59,560 nt of DNA, from the NCBI GenBank assembly GCA_000934665.2, contig JYFJ02002295.1, positions 1 through 59,560 on the forward strand, read 5' to 3'. The notes under the pieces are model-generated. The model ran no database searches, had not been told where the DNA came from, and saw only the letters and a program-made list of their open reading frames with translations. Source of the stretch: Catajapyx aquilonaris (taxonomy: Eukaryota). The position numbers were made by a program, and so were the translations under genes. Positions 38,601 to 52,029 of the stretch are shown piece after piece; position 1 is the first letter of the stretch, and each line of letters begins with the position of its first letter.

Positions 38601-41171
38601 AAAATACCATATGATATAGCAGACTGTAGCATGCAGTCGATATTCAAATGGAAGTTTGTAAGTCTGTTCTTTACTTCATCTCCTAACCTTTGTGAAAACA
38701 TGGTTAATATTTTCGGCATACATTTTAATGATCCTCATTTCTGGTTAATGAGACCAAGTGTCAAGTTTGGTTTTGTTATGTGGTGATTAGCAATACTTAT
38801 TATTTTCTTCAGACGTATAGGCCTAAAGGTAAAAAAAAACAACTGCTGCAGTATTTTATGGCTACAATGCTAGAGTGACATTTTCTATCATTAAAATGTA
38901 TTATTTCTTGTAGTCCCCATCAAAAAATAAGCGCTTTTTAAAAATCACCAATAATTATCGCAGTTATTTGCCTCACCATGAACACTTCTGTGTTGGAGAA
39001 CGTTAATGAAACCACATAAATTTAGTAGGCTACATTCTTATCGATTACTGTAAGGACGGCATGGCGATGTATCATCCCACGCTCTTGATCCCCAGGTAGG
39101 ACAGGGGATTTTCCCATGTGGACAGAGTTGCGATTGGTTCTCTCTATGTTCGCGTGGGTTTTCTCGGGGTACTTCCGTAGTCGGGTCATAAAAGAGGATC
39201 CTCTAGAAGTCCCAGGTGAAGAAGGCCATGCTTTGGGCCAATTGCAACCCTGTCGCCATAATTTACAACGGGTCTATCCTATAACTGGAAAGAAATATAA
39301 GATCTTCCAGTAGTGATGTAAGGGTCAACACTGCCAAGGATAAACTTGCATTGGTGTAAGGTCCTTCGATATCTGTACAGGATATTCCTCAAGATTTTAA
39401 TTTTCTGCGGGACTTAGAGGTTTCTTGAGATGATATTCTACAGCAAAACTTTTTCATGGCTGATTTAGGCCATCTCAGGTTAATTACGGAGACAATGGAA
39501 AGTTTAATTTCGTGTTGCGCTTCAGATGATGGATTATTTTAAAGACAAATATTACCATATATTGGGGAACTTGGCGAGTAATTAAAATGCGACTTATTTT
39601 ATGACATTTAAAAAAGAATTATAAAGTTGAAATTCTTGGTGACTGGGAAAACGCAAATCATAATTTGAAATACAGCCACTTTTTCTGTTACTTCTTTTTA
39701 ATGGAACCTGGGTGGTCATCTGTTTCCACCAATTAAGCCAAGCAATAAATTCACTGCCTTGCTAACAAGTTGGTACGTAATACACGGAGAGCACCCTCCA
39801 TAAAATTACTCTGCAATTGGGCATCCTTGACTGGCGATACGTGCGATGCTTTTTTCTAAAGCTGAATGCATACAATGTACAAAAGGGGCAGGTAGGTCCA
39901 TATAAACCACTTTTCTCAAACCATATTATTGTTCGGCGACATTTCTTCCAATGAAATGTAACCTTAAAACATTTCGTCCGACGGAATTGTAACACAATAT
40001 ATGTTTTAGTCCAACGGACAATTCAACCAGAAAAGAACAAGTTCTCTATGAATAGTCTACCACTCTTACTAGTTGGTATTTCAACTGGCTCTCTGGTTTA
40101 TTAGAAGAAAATTCTTAGACGGAGTGTACGTAAGTTGATAAAAATTTACATTGGATGATAATTCCGTCGGACTTAGTTAATTTGGGCGAAATTCCACTAG
40201 AATGTTATTGGGCGAAAATGGTATGGGGGAAGTGTTATATCGTGGTGATTAGTGCATTGGTGCATGTAGTGGAGCATCCATGGGTGAGCTGGGGAAGGTG
40301 ATGAATACAGGAAGGGTGGGGGAGGGGGGCAGGGAAGGGTTTTAAAAATATGTGGCTTTTCCACCTCATTTGGAGGATTTATTGTATAAAGGTCCTTATG
40401 ACAATTCCCCACCTTTCGCCAAGGAGAAAGAAATTGTTAATCTAATAAAGGAAGGAGGCATCGTGTCTGAGATTGCAAATTTTCGGTGAGTCACCCCGCA
40501 TGGTCACTCGAGTCACCCTTTCTCCCTGCAGGGTAAAGGATTAGTGACGTTCTTGTTGGTTACGGTACGTAAGATGAGGAGATAACCAGCCAGGAGGAGG
40601 TGATGGACTGTGGGGGGCAGAGGGAAGGAAAAGAGGTGAAGGGTGAGGGGTGAAGAGGGGCAGGCTGGGGATATTTTTAGGGGACATGGGGGGGGGGGGG
40701 GNTATTCCACAGGTTTTGGACCCGCAGGCTAATTTTCCGTCTTCAAACTACAGGACATATGAAGGACCTCTGTCGTAGGCCGGGAGAATTATTGAAATTC
40801 CTTATCTTTAACCCCTTCGCTACCAGATAGGGCCGAACCACGTAAATGTTGGATAAGGCCTACGCGTACTCCGAAGATACGGACGAGATATTTTACAAAT
40901 AATAACATCTACACTTATCACGTTCAGGGAAATCACTATTAATGTTTCTGGACAATATTACTCGTCTAGAAGTCCCTAAATTAATTTCCAAAAAAATGGG
41001 CTATAAAAACTGGAGATCCGAGTACTGCCGACCAACTGTTATAGGCTGATTTAATTATGAAATGCGTGATAATATGCGGAATATCAACCTTGAGAACCAT
41101 GCCAGACGAATTTTTCGAACTCGTCGTACTTTGCGAGAAATAAATTAATGCTTATTTGCGGATTTCTGGTA

Positions 41172-41332
41172 CAGTGCTGGCCATATATCGAGGCAACCGC
41201 CAGCGAAATTTTCCGAAGCGGCAGAAGAAGGAATCGAAGATAAGCATGCTACAAGCCGGGCGAGCAAGATTCCTGCTTCTGCCGCTACGGATAAATATCG
41301 CTGGCGGTTGCCTCGATATGTCGCCAGCACTG
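41172..41332. mobile_element. Small palindromic MITE
   Basis: TA|CAGTGCTGG...CCAGCACTG|TA, ~63-bp arms. Confidence 0.75.
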
Positions 41333-43000
41333 TACTTCGGTGTCGCTTACTGTTTCACTAAGCCAAGTTCCTGGCTCTTGGTGGATACTCTCGGGCACAA
41401 GATTATAACGAGGGAAACGGGGCTTGTACTTATATACAGTATAAATGGCAAGGAGAAAAATTGTCAATAAAATATTTTCATTGGTGATGAGAATATACGG
41501 TATATTACGGGTCTCTGCATATTTTAAAAACTTTGGCATCAACCTCAGAAAAATACGACTGTGTAACACGTATTACAGCTTTCTGAACCAGCATATAAAT
41601 TATTATCAAATGGAAGGTAGCCACGTCGTTTTGCACGTGCAGGCCTACCGTGTCTTGCGAACAAAATAAAAAATCACTGTTGATGTGCTGCTGACCCATG
41701 CAATGCACAGCATACCTGGTAGTAGAACACAATGATTGGCGTTCCCATGTTTTATCTGTCATTGTCAAAGTACGAAGCAAGGAAGAAAATAAAAGGAGGA
41801 TAAATATATTGAACATGAATTACGCGTAGTATGTAGACTATACTGTTCAGCATGGTTAAACAGGATAAAAACGCCGCACCACGTGATGAGAGACTTGATC
41901 CGACATGATATAAAGATAGTTTCGTGGGGTGTTAAGCATGGCGTGCATGGGATGAACGACATCTGATGGGTTCGCCTGATTGCGGGCTAGGACAAGGACG
42001 ACATAAGTGGAAGGAACAGGTTTCTCTTATCCCGATCAGGTGTGGCGATGGCATGGTACAGAATAGAGAAATAAGGAAAACATTCTTGCTGTATGAAAAG
42101 TGTGAATGCCAAATCATTCGACACTATACTATATTTAAGCTTGTCTTTTCATGGATCTGTACTCTGCACGAAACAAGAAAGTGTACCATCATGGGCAAAA
42201 GGCAGACCCAAAATCATTCCTCGACAGCCTATTACTCCTCCTCAGTTTTTCTTTTCTTTTACTTTGTAATTACTAATTAGCGTAGTTCTTAGTGCAATTG
42301 CAACATATTTTACTAAAAATTACAGGACTAATTTATTGAATCAATCGATGGCACCAAAAAAATGATTTTTCTTTATCTGTTGTGTCACGTATCACAGTTC
42401 AAGTACGAGACAGATGGCAGACTGCTACTACAATAAAAATGACCAATATTTTACGCAATATCTATGTTGCCATACTGGGATTGTAAGAGAAATACAAAAA
42501 TATGTGGAACTATATAGTCTCCCCTGCATTAAGCTGTACGTTCCATTCTGAGTGAAAAACATGTTGATGCTTTCCTACTTTGGACAAAAGTAATTATTAC
42601 AGTATGATCAGTTTTGTGATAATTTACGATACTCAAATGCTTTCCTAAAGAAATACGACAGAATCCTAATGTAAAATAGTGGTGAGATTTCTATGAAAGC
42701 TCTCATCAGGAGCAGTTCCAGCCACAATAGCACCTAAATGCTAAATCTAAATCCGTACCAAGACATCTGCAGTGTACGTATTAATGTAATGATCCTAAGC
42801 TTAAATTATTTTCATGTTTATTAGTTCTTTAATATTTCCACTACTTTCCCTTTCACTAATCCTCCTACTCATCCTGTTGTCCAAACTCTATGTGATACAT
42901 GTTGATCCGGCTCACCCCATAATCTACTTTCGCCATACATCTAGGACACAGCAAAAGCAATAATGGAAGATAAATCAGAATGGCACTTTTTCACCCACAG

Positions 43001-43942
43001 GTCCTGGAAGAAATATTAGGCCTTTACCATGCCACAGCAAACGAACGGGCCAACCTGGAGTGTGTATGTTTGCCTGGGATTGCATGAAAACGAATGGCAC
43101 ACACCTTGGCCACTGCATCGATCGGTTTTACTTCGGAAGCTGTTGCAAAATCCCCGACTTGGAGAGCAACGTGATCGGGGAGGTGGAGCCCCCACCGGAA
43201 GTTCCATTAGAAAATAAGCAGCCTCCGGGTCTCTTCCCACCGGAACCAGAACTTGAGAATTCTTTGGAAGGTCGTCCTCAAGGAGTTCCTCCACCTTCAT
43301 CTACACAATCAATTATAGCAGTGACTACAACCACGAGCCCTGCAACCACCACTGCCAAGCCGGTTTGGACTAGTCCTCCCAAACCGGTACACCCAAAACC
43401 AGAGACAACCACCAGCAAGCCCTTCAGGCCGACATCAACGTCCAGTAGTGTATCTACAACAAAACCTGTCCCTAAACCTACGACAAGGCCTACCACCACC
43501 CAAGCTACCAGTAAACCCACAACCAAGCCTGTAACTTCTACCACTTCCAAACCTACTACCACTACCACAAGCAAACCAACAACTACTACCACCAAAACTA
43601 CCACAACTCCTGCAACCAAACCAACAACTAGAACTACAACTAAACCTATCACGAAGCCAACAACCAAGCCTACTACTAAACCTACAACCAAGCCTACTAC
43701 TAAACCTACAATCAAGCCTACTACTAAACCTACAATCAAACCTACTACTAAACCTACAACCAAACCTACAACGAGACCTACTACAACTCCTACACGACTA
43801 CCAGGAACGTTCTCCACATTCACATTACCCGTGCAGACAACACCAAAACCTACATCCGCATCAATTTTCACAACAAAACAGCCAGAAACTTCAACAGTGG
43901 CAGTTACGACAAAGCAGCCTCAGTGGACAACTACTGCAACAG
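43001..43942 (+). CDS. Stubble/Notopleural-type serine protease, clip (disulfide-knot) domain plus Thr/Pro/Lys stalk exon
   Basis: GRNIRPLPC...GVCMFAWDC...GHCIDRFYFGSCC motif, then KPTT repeats; canonical AG/GT boundaries, phase 1-1. Confidence 0.92.
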
Positions 43943-44539
43943 GTGAGTTACCTCTTATCTTATGTGCTCTTATATGCTGACAGTTACATGCCACGTGTAA
44001 CGGACATGTTGAAGCCCCAAGTAGTTAGGTAGTTAAAAATTATAACCCAGAAGCTAAGCATGTGTAGGTCATAAAGCAATTCAACAGGAGCGGATAAAGT
44101 GATTTTGGCATGAACAAAACTGATATAACAAGTGTCCTCAGGGCTTCCATAAAATACGTACGTCCCTAATTGCATTGTGAGACCGAGCAGGCTTTTCGGA
44201 TAATTATTTAACCGGTTATGGAAGAGTTCCAACCTCCACTATCCCCTCCCTCTGTTCCCCCACACAAAAATACTCTGATGCATGAACAAAGTAATAGAAG
44301 GTGTTCTTGCCAAATTAGCTCAGATCGCTATCTGTAAAAATGTGTTTCTTTACGGCTAGTTGAAGTAAAAGCTACAATACGAGGCCGGTGGTTTGCTTTT
44401 GACTCAATCTGGCAATCAGATGTCAACTGAAGTGTAAGCGCATTTTCCACAGATAATAATCAGAGCTTTCAGGCACACCCGGTATATCAGTTGAATCTAC
44501 GATAGTGATATTTAACTAGATGGGACACTTCAATTTTAG

Positions 44540-44806
44540 GAGTTACTGTGGAATCGAGCACGACTAGCTCAAGTCTAACAACCACGCTAGGAACTGCTAC
44601 AAAACCACCTGTTTCTGTCACAACTGCTGGGGTGGAAGAAGTGGGAACGACGTCAGAACCTAGCGAAACTACTACCGCTAGCACTCCAGAGGAAGACAAC
44701 AATCTGACGATGACAAACACCACCGGCAACGAGACAATTCCGGAAGTTGACCTCAGCACGTTCTTACCTCCTGACAGCAATATCAATGCATCAGACTACA
44801 CTCAGT
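44540..44806 (+). CDS. Serine protease, Ser/Thr/Glu-rich stalk exon
   Basis: ttttag|GA acceptor and CAGT|gtgagt donor; in frame with both neighbouring exons. Confidence 0.85.
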
Positions 44807-44995
44807 GTGAGTATAGATGGCACGACCATGAGACATTGAGGATATTTTGACAACATTTTGCAAAATTAAATATTTTTTGCAATCGGCAGTGACATAATTA
44901 TATGCTGTAAACTACTTAATAATTTTTAGGATGGAACACTAACTTCACATTAGTATCATATACACATTTGACTCATCTAATATTGTGAATTCTAG

Positions 44996-45072
44996 TGTGC
45001 GGAAGGCAACTGTTTCCGACATCGCGAGTGGTAGGTGGAGAAAGTGCTGCTTTCGGTGAATGGCCATGGCAG
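44996..45072 (+). CDS. Serine protease, activation-site exon
   Basis: CGRQLFPTSR-VVGGESAAFGEWPWQ. Confidence 0.95.
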
Positions 45073-45130
45073 GTATGTATTACACAAAAGTTATCAATGT
45101 CGCAATATTATCGTGTTATTGTCTACTCAG

Positions 45131-45231
45131 ATATCGTTGAGACAGTGGAGAACGTCAACATATCTTCACAAATGTGGAGCAGCCCTCCTCAATGAGAATT
45201 GGGCGATTACTGCGGCTCACTGTGTAGAGAA
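45131..45231 (+). CDS. Serine protease, catalytic His exon
   Basis: ISLRQWRTSTYLHKCGAALLNENWAITAAHCVE. Confidence 0.95.
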
Positions 45232-45291
45232 GTAAGGATGATATGCTTTATTTTTTATTGCACAATACCGTTCTTATTTCTTAACCTTCAG

Positions 45292-45560
45292 TGTGCCACC
45301 GACAGACCTACTATTACGCTTAGGAGAATTTGATTTATCGACGGAGAAGGAACCCTTCGGGTACGTGGAAAGAAGAGTCCAGATCGTCGCTACCCATCCA
45401 CAGTTTGATGCTCGAACGTTTGAGTATGATCTGGCCCTTCTGAGATTCTACGAGCCCGTCAGATTCCAGCCAAATATAATCCCTGTATGTGTTCCTCAAG
45501 GAAGTGACAATTATGTAGGCAGTACCGCCTATGTCACTGGATGGGGCCGTCTCTATGAAG
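45292..45560 (+). CDS. Serine protease, catalytic Asp exon
   Basis: VPPTDLLLRLGE...FEYDLALLRF...VTGWGRLYE. Confidence 0.95.
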
Positions 45561-46178
45561 GTGAGTTGAAGTTCGCCACAAGCAGGTGATCAAAAATTTG
45601 CATGGGGCAACTTGGATGATCACACTTGTTCTGGTCAATAGCGGCCACAGGTTAGATTTATGCTAAAATGAAAGCACTCTTATCAGATATTATAGGCCAT
45701 AAGGCCATCTTTTGTTGAACGAATAGACTATTTTGACTAATATATCTGAGAGAATGTGAAAATTATCTATGGGGTTCATTGGAAACAGCATACAAATTGT
45801 AGTAATTCTGTAACATTCATCTAATATTGTAAGCTAGACCAGCTGGCCCCTCGCCAAGATATTTAAAGGGTGGGCACAGGAGCTTGTCAAGATGGAGCGA
45901 TGTAGTCGACCGATAATTCCAGGTTTTCAGTATACTCGAGTCATCAGCTTATACTGACCTTGAGACAGCTTAAAACGAATAGGTCAGGGAACTACTGGCA
46001 AGCTAGCTCACATACTTTCAGTACTCTCAGTGAACTATAAATATGTATTAAAAAATTGGACGTAAGTATGATTGTATGGTGCAGCAACAGACACAATTTT
46101 CCGTAACTCTATTTGGTCTATAGTACTCTGTCAAGATTTGCTAACAGACCTGTTTAATAAGGAGTGACCATGTTGCAG

Positions 46179-46333
46179 ATGGACCATTGCCAACTGTGAT
46201 GCAAAAAGTGGCCGTCCCGGTCATTAACAACACTGAATGTGAAAAGATGTACAGGGTGGCCGGATACATCGAGCACATCCCTCACATCTTCATCTGCGCC
46301 GGATATCGAAACGGTGGCAAGGACTCTTGCGAG
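46179..46333 (+). CDS. Serine protease exon (not in ORF track)
   Basis: DGPLPTVMQKVAVPVINNTECEKMYRVAGYIEHIPHIFICAGYRNGGKDSCE; Asp at the S1 position implies trypsin-like specificity. Confidence 0.95.
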
Positions 46334-46420
46334 GTAATCGCACCCTGGTTGAGGCACATTTCTTAGTTACACGGTTTTGGTGACCTGACCTCCCGCCCTA
46401 TAAGCCAAACCACATCAGTG

Positions 46421-46492
46421 GGTCCCGTAGCTCAGTGGCAGAGCACTTCTCCGAATAGAGAAGGGTCCTGGGTTCGATTCCCGGCGGGAGTA
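46421..46492 (+). pseudogene. Intronic tRNA-like cloverleaf with 8-nt anticodon loop
   Basis: D arm GCTC/GAGC, stem CTTCT/AGAAG, T arm CTGGG-TTCGATT-CCCGG; acceptor stem has a G:G mismatch; no TTTT terminator. Confidence 0.6.
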
Positions 46493-46611
46493 CAGAACTT
46501 CCTATGTCCTGTTCCTTTAACATACCTACTCAACTAACAGGGTTTTATATTATGTGGGTGGCATTTGAGATCATTGCATTGGAAACATGGTGGCGACTTA
46601 TTCTTTTCCAG

Positions 46612-46776
46612 GGCGACTCGGGTGGACCGATGGTGATTCAACGACCTAGTGACCACCGTTGGGAACTGACGGGAATTATTTCCTGGGGCATTGGATGTGC
46701 GGAGTCGAATCAGCCAGGAGTGTACACCAGAATCTCCGAATTTCGTGAATGGATCAACCAGATTCTCCAGTTCTAA
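46612..46776 (+). CDS. Serine protease, catalytic Ser and terminal exon
   Basis: GDSGGPMV...[34 protein letters not shown]; spliced CDS 704 aa from ATG 35513, or 723 aa from 34538. Confidence 0.95.
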   Translation, partial: GDSGGPMVIQRPSDHRWELTGIISWGIGCAESNQPGVYTRISEFREWINQILQF

Positions 46777-48385
46777 GCTTTATTTTTGCCAAATTTTGGT
46801 TTGCAACTTTAAGAAAAAAAAGAAAAACTCTATGGATGAATCAAGTGCCTATTTTATAGTAATGAAATTATAAATTGCATGCTTAGTTCTGTTGTGATTA
46901 CGTGGCCGCCAAGACGAGATTGATTATTATCACGATGAAACAGGGTGAAACCATTAATAGATCTCACAACGGGACATGACTGTGTGGCCGAATGTATGGT
47001 TAATATCCCGGTGTCCACTTGTTTTGCAGTAGGCCACAGAAACGTCCCTTCCCCCCTTCCCCCTAGTAAATGATTTAAATGTGTGTAAAAATAATAAGGC
47101 TGTCAAAACAATATTGGAATTCACACGACAAGAATACTCTTGAATATATTTTTTTTTTTCGTTTCATAAGATTACATGTGGGTCAGAATATAACTTTTGT
47201 AATAGTAAAAGAAAATATCGTTTAAAAAGTATATTCTCTATTTCCGCCTAATCTAAAGTGACGGTACGATGTGCTATGACCATGAGGAATTACGCTTAGA
47301 CTATGTTATGAAAGTATTTAATATCAGCTTCATACATGCTGGAGTGTCCCAAAATACGGTATAGAGTAAGAAATGTGGCAGCATAACATATAAGACAAAA
47401 TCGGCAAACTTACTACAATAATTATACTTGCTAATTTGATATTGATTTGTGAGCGAGTATGTGAGAAGCAATAATAACCTCCTTCATGATTAATTCCCGT
47501 GATATTGCTTATTTCTGATAGGCTATAACTAGGACAAAAGCAGTCGCAATTGGAGTAAAATAATAGTTGCCTCATCCCCGAGAGAAACTTCAGGAATAAA
47601 TAAATAACGAAACTATTTCGCGTTATGTACTAAAGAGTTGACGGTGGCTCCTAATGCCATTTTTAGATTGGCATTCTGAAGTGACAGTTATGAAATAGTA
47701 ATGATTTTTTCTGGGCCCATACACTTATGGTGTGAAGAACCAATACATGGAGGTCCAACAGTTTGAATCCACGCCCAACGTAATTGCTTTGGTGCCTCCT
47801 GGAATGAAACTGCTGATATCCGAATGGATCATCTACTACAACAGAAATTTAGTATTCTATTCTTCATGGACACCATGCTTGTCTAAACAGATTTGCAGCC
47901 TCAGGAAAAACTCTCGACGAGATTGAATACTTTTTTTTTATTTATGCAAATTGCTCCCTCTGTATCTGACATTTTCTTTAGATGGGTCTTCCTGAGTTTT
48001 GCACTGCTCTGGACGCGTTTAGATTGTGGGACATCCCTCACACAACCATCCCATACTTTTTAACAGTGTTCATGATGGTGGTACAGGTCGCATTTCATAT
48101 TGGCTTGGTACACCCTGCATAAAAATATCAAGTTTCAAATAGTGGAATAATTGCTTCTTGTCATTCAAAAATTTTATGAGCCCAATAATAATATCCTAAT
48201 AATAGGCCTAGTGTTTATTTCCCAATAACTATGCCTTTTCGTATTTGCTGACGCCACCAGCAACTAGTGAGAACCTGGGTGCTATTTTGACATGAGATGT
48301 TTTGTGGGTTAATTACTCTACATTGTAATGAATTTGACGGTGTGGAAAAACCTAATAACAATTCCTTTATCGATATTAACTTTTA

Positions 48386-49102
48386 CATAGGGTGGTATAA
48401 CAAGGAAGGACCACTGCTTACAAAGCTTCTGCTTATGTATAACTGATATTCTGTAATAGCAAACTATTTGATACATTTGTAGCATTTTAAGTAACTGCTT
48501 ATATTTTCCTTGTGGGGACAAACAATAATGGCTAAGGGGTATAATGTAAGTCCAGCACATCGGGAGTGTGTAAATATTTATAACTAAATACCGGCATTTT
48601 CAGGAATATCCATGTTTGGCCATCTAATTTGCTAATTATTACTGAGACTTGTGACTGATTTTAGGAGCCAAATATTTTCGGTCGGAAAATGCGAGAACAG
48701 AGGCACTTTATAAGAGGGAGGTGGAACAAGAGTTTTGAAATGATCCAGTCTGGTGTGGTGTCTAGAAGTACGATAATACACTAGTCCTGTTCTCGCATTT
48801 TCCGACCAAAGATTTTGACTCCTAAAATCAGTCACAAGTCTCGGTAATTAGCCATTAGATGTCCAAACATATCGCCTTGCTTCTGAAATGTGTCCCCCAC
48901 GCCGGTATTTAGTTTTAATTATACTGGATCGAAATTATAGCCTCAGCCATTATGACTGTTTTGTGTCCACGAGGCCACGAGGGGAAGGTATAAGAAATTA
49001 TTTTGAAGCGCTATAAGTAACCAAATACTTTATTATAATTAAAAGTATTATAAATAAACAGAATATTTGTGAGATATGGTCCTTCCTTGTAGGACGAGCC
49101 TG
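48386..49102. mobile_element. Large diverged palindromic MITE-like element
   Basis: Inner arms (about 48582-48700 and 48787-48914) well matched; outer arms recognisable out to acaaggaaggacca/tggtccttccttgt. Confidence 0.65.
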
Positions 49103-50254
49103 TACATTTAAGTACAAGAACGAAGAGCATGCTATTTTACAAAAGTAAACTCTTCAGTCTCGTCAAGAGGTTTGTCATGAGCCCTATGGCTACATATCTC
49201 TGTGAGCTACTAAGTACAATTACAGCGACATGACTAGATTATAGAACTCAACTGTTCCGATGCAAGTGATCCGATTTCGATACCTCATATATCTTTCCAA
49301 AGAGGGACTAATCAGTCAAGTAGGGTGAAGTGGGGGTGCAAAATTTTTGTATCACCCATAGGACTGCTATGGTATTATAATGTTCAAATTTTTATTGCTC
49401 AAAACCACATTATGGCAACTAATTTTAATTGGTATCCAGCCTCTTTGGCAAATACAAATATTCCTCAAATTACTCAAAATTGCCCTCCATTATTATTATG
49501 TTCAAAGGGACAACATGTCGAGCCCAGTGCGCTGGGGTCTCTCACTTTAGATAATGCGGGAAATAACAGAAAAGCCTAAGGGCATTGTTTATTTAAACGA
49601 GGTGTTGTTGCAGACTACGTTGTTGTTTGTCCTGCAGTGTCACGAGTACTTTTCGAGTGAGAAAATTGTACATATATTTATTTCGTGTTGAACTGTGTCA
49701 TGCTTGCGGAAAGTTAGATTTTAGTTGTAATAATTGTTACACATGGTACTTTATGGGAAAGTAATAAAAATCTGAAATGACCCACTCCTAAGTGATGTGC
49801 TTTTTATTAAGATTACCTTAAGAGTGTTGATTGCACATTTGCACAGGTTATACAGTAGTACTTGCTCTCTATTGATAAGAGCTTCCAGATGGTGGCCACA
49901 ATCCACCATGCTCGGAAAACAATATATTTAGAGATAAACAAATCAAAGATTTGAGCTTGCACTTGTTTACATATGCAGGTGAATACAGAAAATCCTGGCT
50001 TATTGGCTCATATTGACTCTTCATGACTAAAATATGCCTATGTAAGGTGGGTGCTGCAGCGCAGGGTATGCCCTCCACAGGCCTGCACCTTCCCTGTAAC
50101 AGCATACGCTACGTGAGACTTGCATTGTCGTGGATTGAACGACAGTACGCAAATGAATCCTGATTTTTATCAGCTGCATCAAATTAGAAGCAAAAAATAC
50201 TTTAAATAATAAAGAGTAAAACTGAAGTTGTTGTTAATTCTTACAGTACACATA

Positions 50255-50376
50255 CAGGGCGATTCTCTCGAATCCGAACCTTGTTTGGCATCATACACAA
50301 GGTAAGTAGCCTACATGTCAATTTTCATTGAGAACCGTGACGAATGTCTGGGTTCGGATACGAGAGAATCACCCTG
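50255..50376. mobile_element. Internally deleted relative of the 22158 MITE
   Basis: CAGGGYGATTCTCTCG termini, TA TSD, shared internal ccttgtttggcat. Confidence 0.7.
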
Positions 50377-50454
50377 TATACGGCAAATAACGTACCGGTA
50401 TGGAAGAATATAGTATTTTATTGTCGCATGTTCCTCTTTCTGATTCAGAAAAGT

Positions 50455-50709
50455 GGGCGACACGGTGGTGTAGTGGAGCCTTCCACCTCTGAGGTCCCGA
50501 GTTCGATCCCCGGGTCGGACGGAGGATTCTTATGTGGATAGAGTTTCGATGGGTTCTCTCCGTGTTCGCGTGGGTTTTCTCGGGGCTCTCCAGTTTCCGC
50601 CCACAATCAAAATCCATCACAGCGCAGGCAATGATTAAAGACGGCCAATTAAAAGATGATCCCCTATAAGAGGCCCAAGGAGGCCTATCAGGGGGTATCC
50701 CTTATTATT
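50455..50709 (+). mobile_element. tRNA-derived SINE with V-domain-like core
   Basis: A/B boxes; core GTTCTCTCCGTGTTCGCGTGGGTTTTCTCGGGGCTCTCCAGTTTCCGCCCACAATC; 12-bp TSD attcagaaaagt; degenerate copy at about 39055-39200. Confidence 0.8.
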
Positions 50710-51904
50710 ATTCAGAAAAGTGAGCAAAGTTTTTAGTGTTGTCTTTGACATCTCTCCTGTATATAAGCTATAGGGCCTCCTTCAGTGCATGTTTATGTGG
50801 AATACAATGGAAATTAGGACATAATCATATACAGGAAGTAACCGTTTTACGCAGCTCCATTTTACGCCGTTTCACATTAACGCCGGTTTTAAAAGAACAT
50901 TTAATTTTTTTTATAGAAATTTTACGATAACAACACAAGCTGAACGTAAACACATCGCTGCAACACTTCTGAGATAAAGCACACGGCCGTAAAGGCTCTT
51001 CTTTGTTTTTCCTGGTGCCTTGTGGCAGGTTCTATCCTCTATATAGAGCTATGGGGAACTCGTTAATTTTAAAATAAGTCTCCACAAAGAATGCACAGTG
51101 CTCTGGCGACCACGACACCATTTTTGCAAATGGCAAACCTTCCCCACTCCAGCACATGCCAATATCCCCTGCATGCTCAAACAGCATCATAGTACCACGT
51201 GATTCAAATCATGCCATACATTTTGCCCAACCCTGTATAAGGCCTGTATTTCTACCTTTGTTTCCATATTTAGAACTTCATGCCGAGATTTGATTCGCTC
51301 GCGTCTTACTTTACTCCTGTCTACAACACAGTTTACATGTCTTTCTAGTTTTGTGAAAAAGCTTATTATAAGCTTGGATACTGATTATACGAACGCGACT
51401 TGATGATACATACATGCTATTTTAAAATATTACTGATTATATAAATAATTGTAAATATCGGAAATTTCGGACAATTTGCCGAACTTTAGGCCTATTGCGC
51501 AGACTGAAACCACCACCTAAAAATGTTTAAAAAAATCCTGTCTATATTTAAGGCCTTGTTCAACTATGTAGTGACTATACCCGTGAGGGTTTTTTTTTGC
51601 TTCAAGTACTTTAAAAAAATTGTAAAAATATTTTTAAATAATCAAAAATTTTCAAACTTTAATCCAAATGTGCAGACTCAAGATCACGTCGTAAAAATTA
51701 AATATTTTACAGAATTGTTACTAGGTCTCATACACAGTCATTGAAGGGTACCCGTTTCCGGAAAAAAATATTGACTTTTTTCACTCCACCCTACTCTCCA
51801 GTATTCTTTGCCTCCTTGCCCGTGGAAAAGGAAGCTGAGTAATCAAAAGCAGCATATTTTTCCACCAAGGGACCAAGAAATGGTCTGTTACAGCCGACGT
51901 GAGG

Positions 51905-52029
51905 TGAAAATGTGTCTGCTATGTCAGGAGTATAAATATATTTATACTCCTGACATAGCAGACACATTTTCAGCATGCCATAAGGATAAGACCATGTGTA
52001 TACACATGGTCTTATCCTTATGGCATGCT
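51905..52029. repeat. Two abutting perfect palindromes (68 bp and 58 bp)
   Basis: 51905-51972 and 51972-52029 each equal their own reverse complement. Confidence 0.95.

Noticed and set aside
40687..40702. Poly-G tracts containing n (also about 3390, 5825, 9305) as G-quadruplex elements
   Set aside because: Homopolymers with ambiguous bases, some inside repeats; length unreliable.
43278..43871. 197-aa Val/Gly-rich minus-strand ORF
   Set aside because: Antisense of the KPTT repeat.
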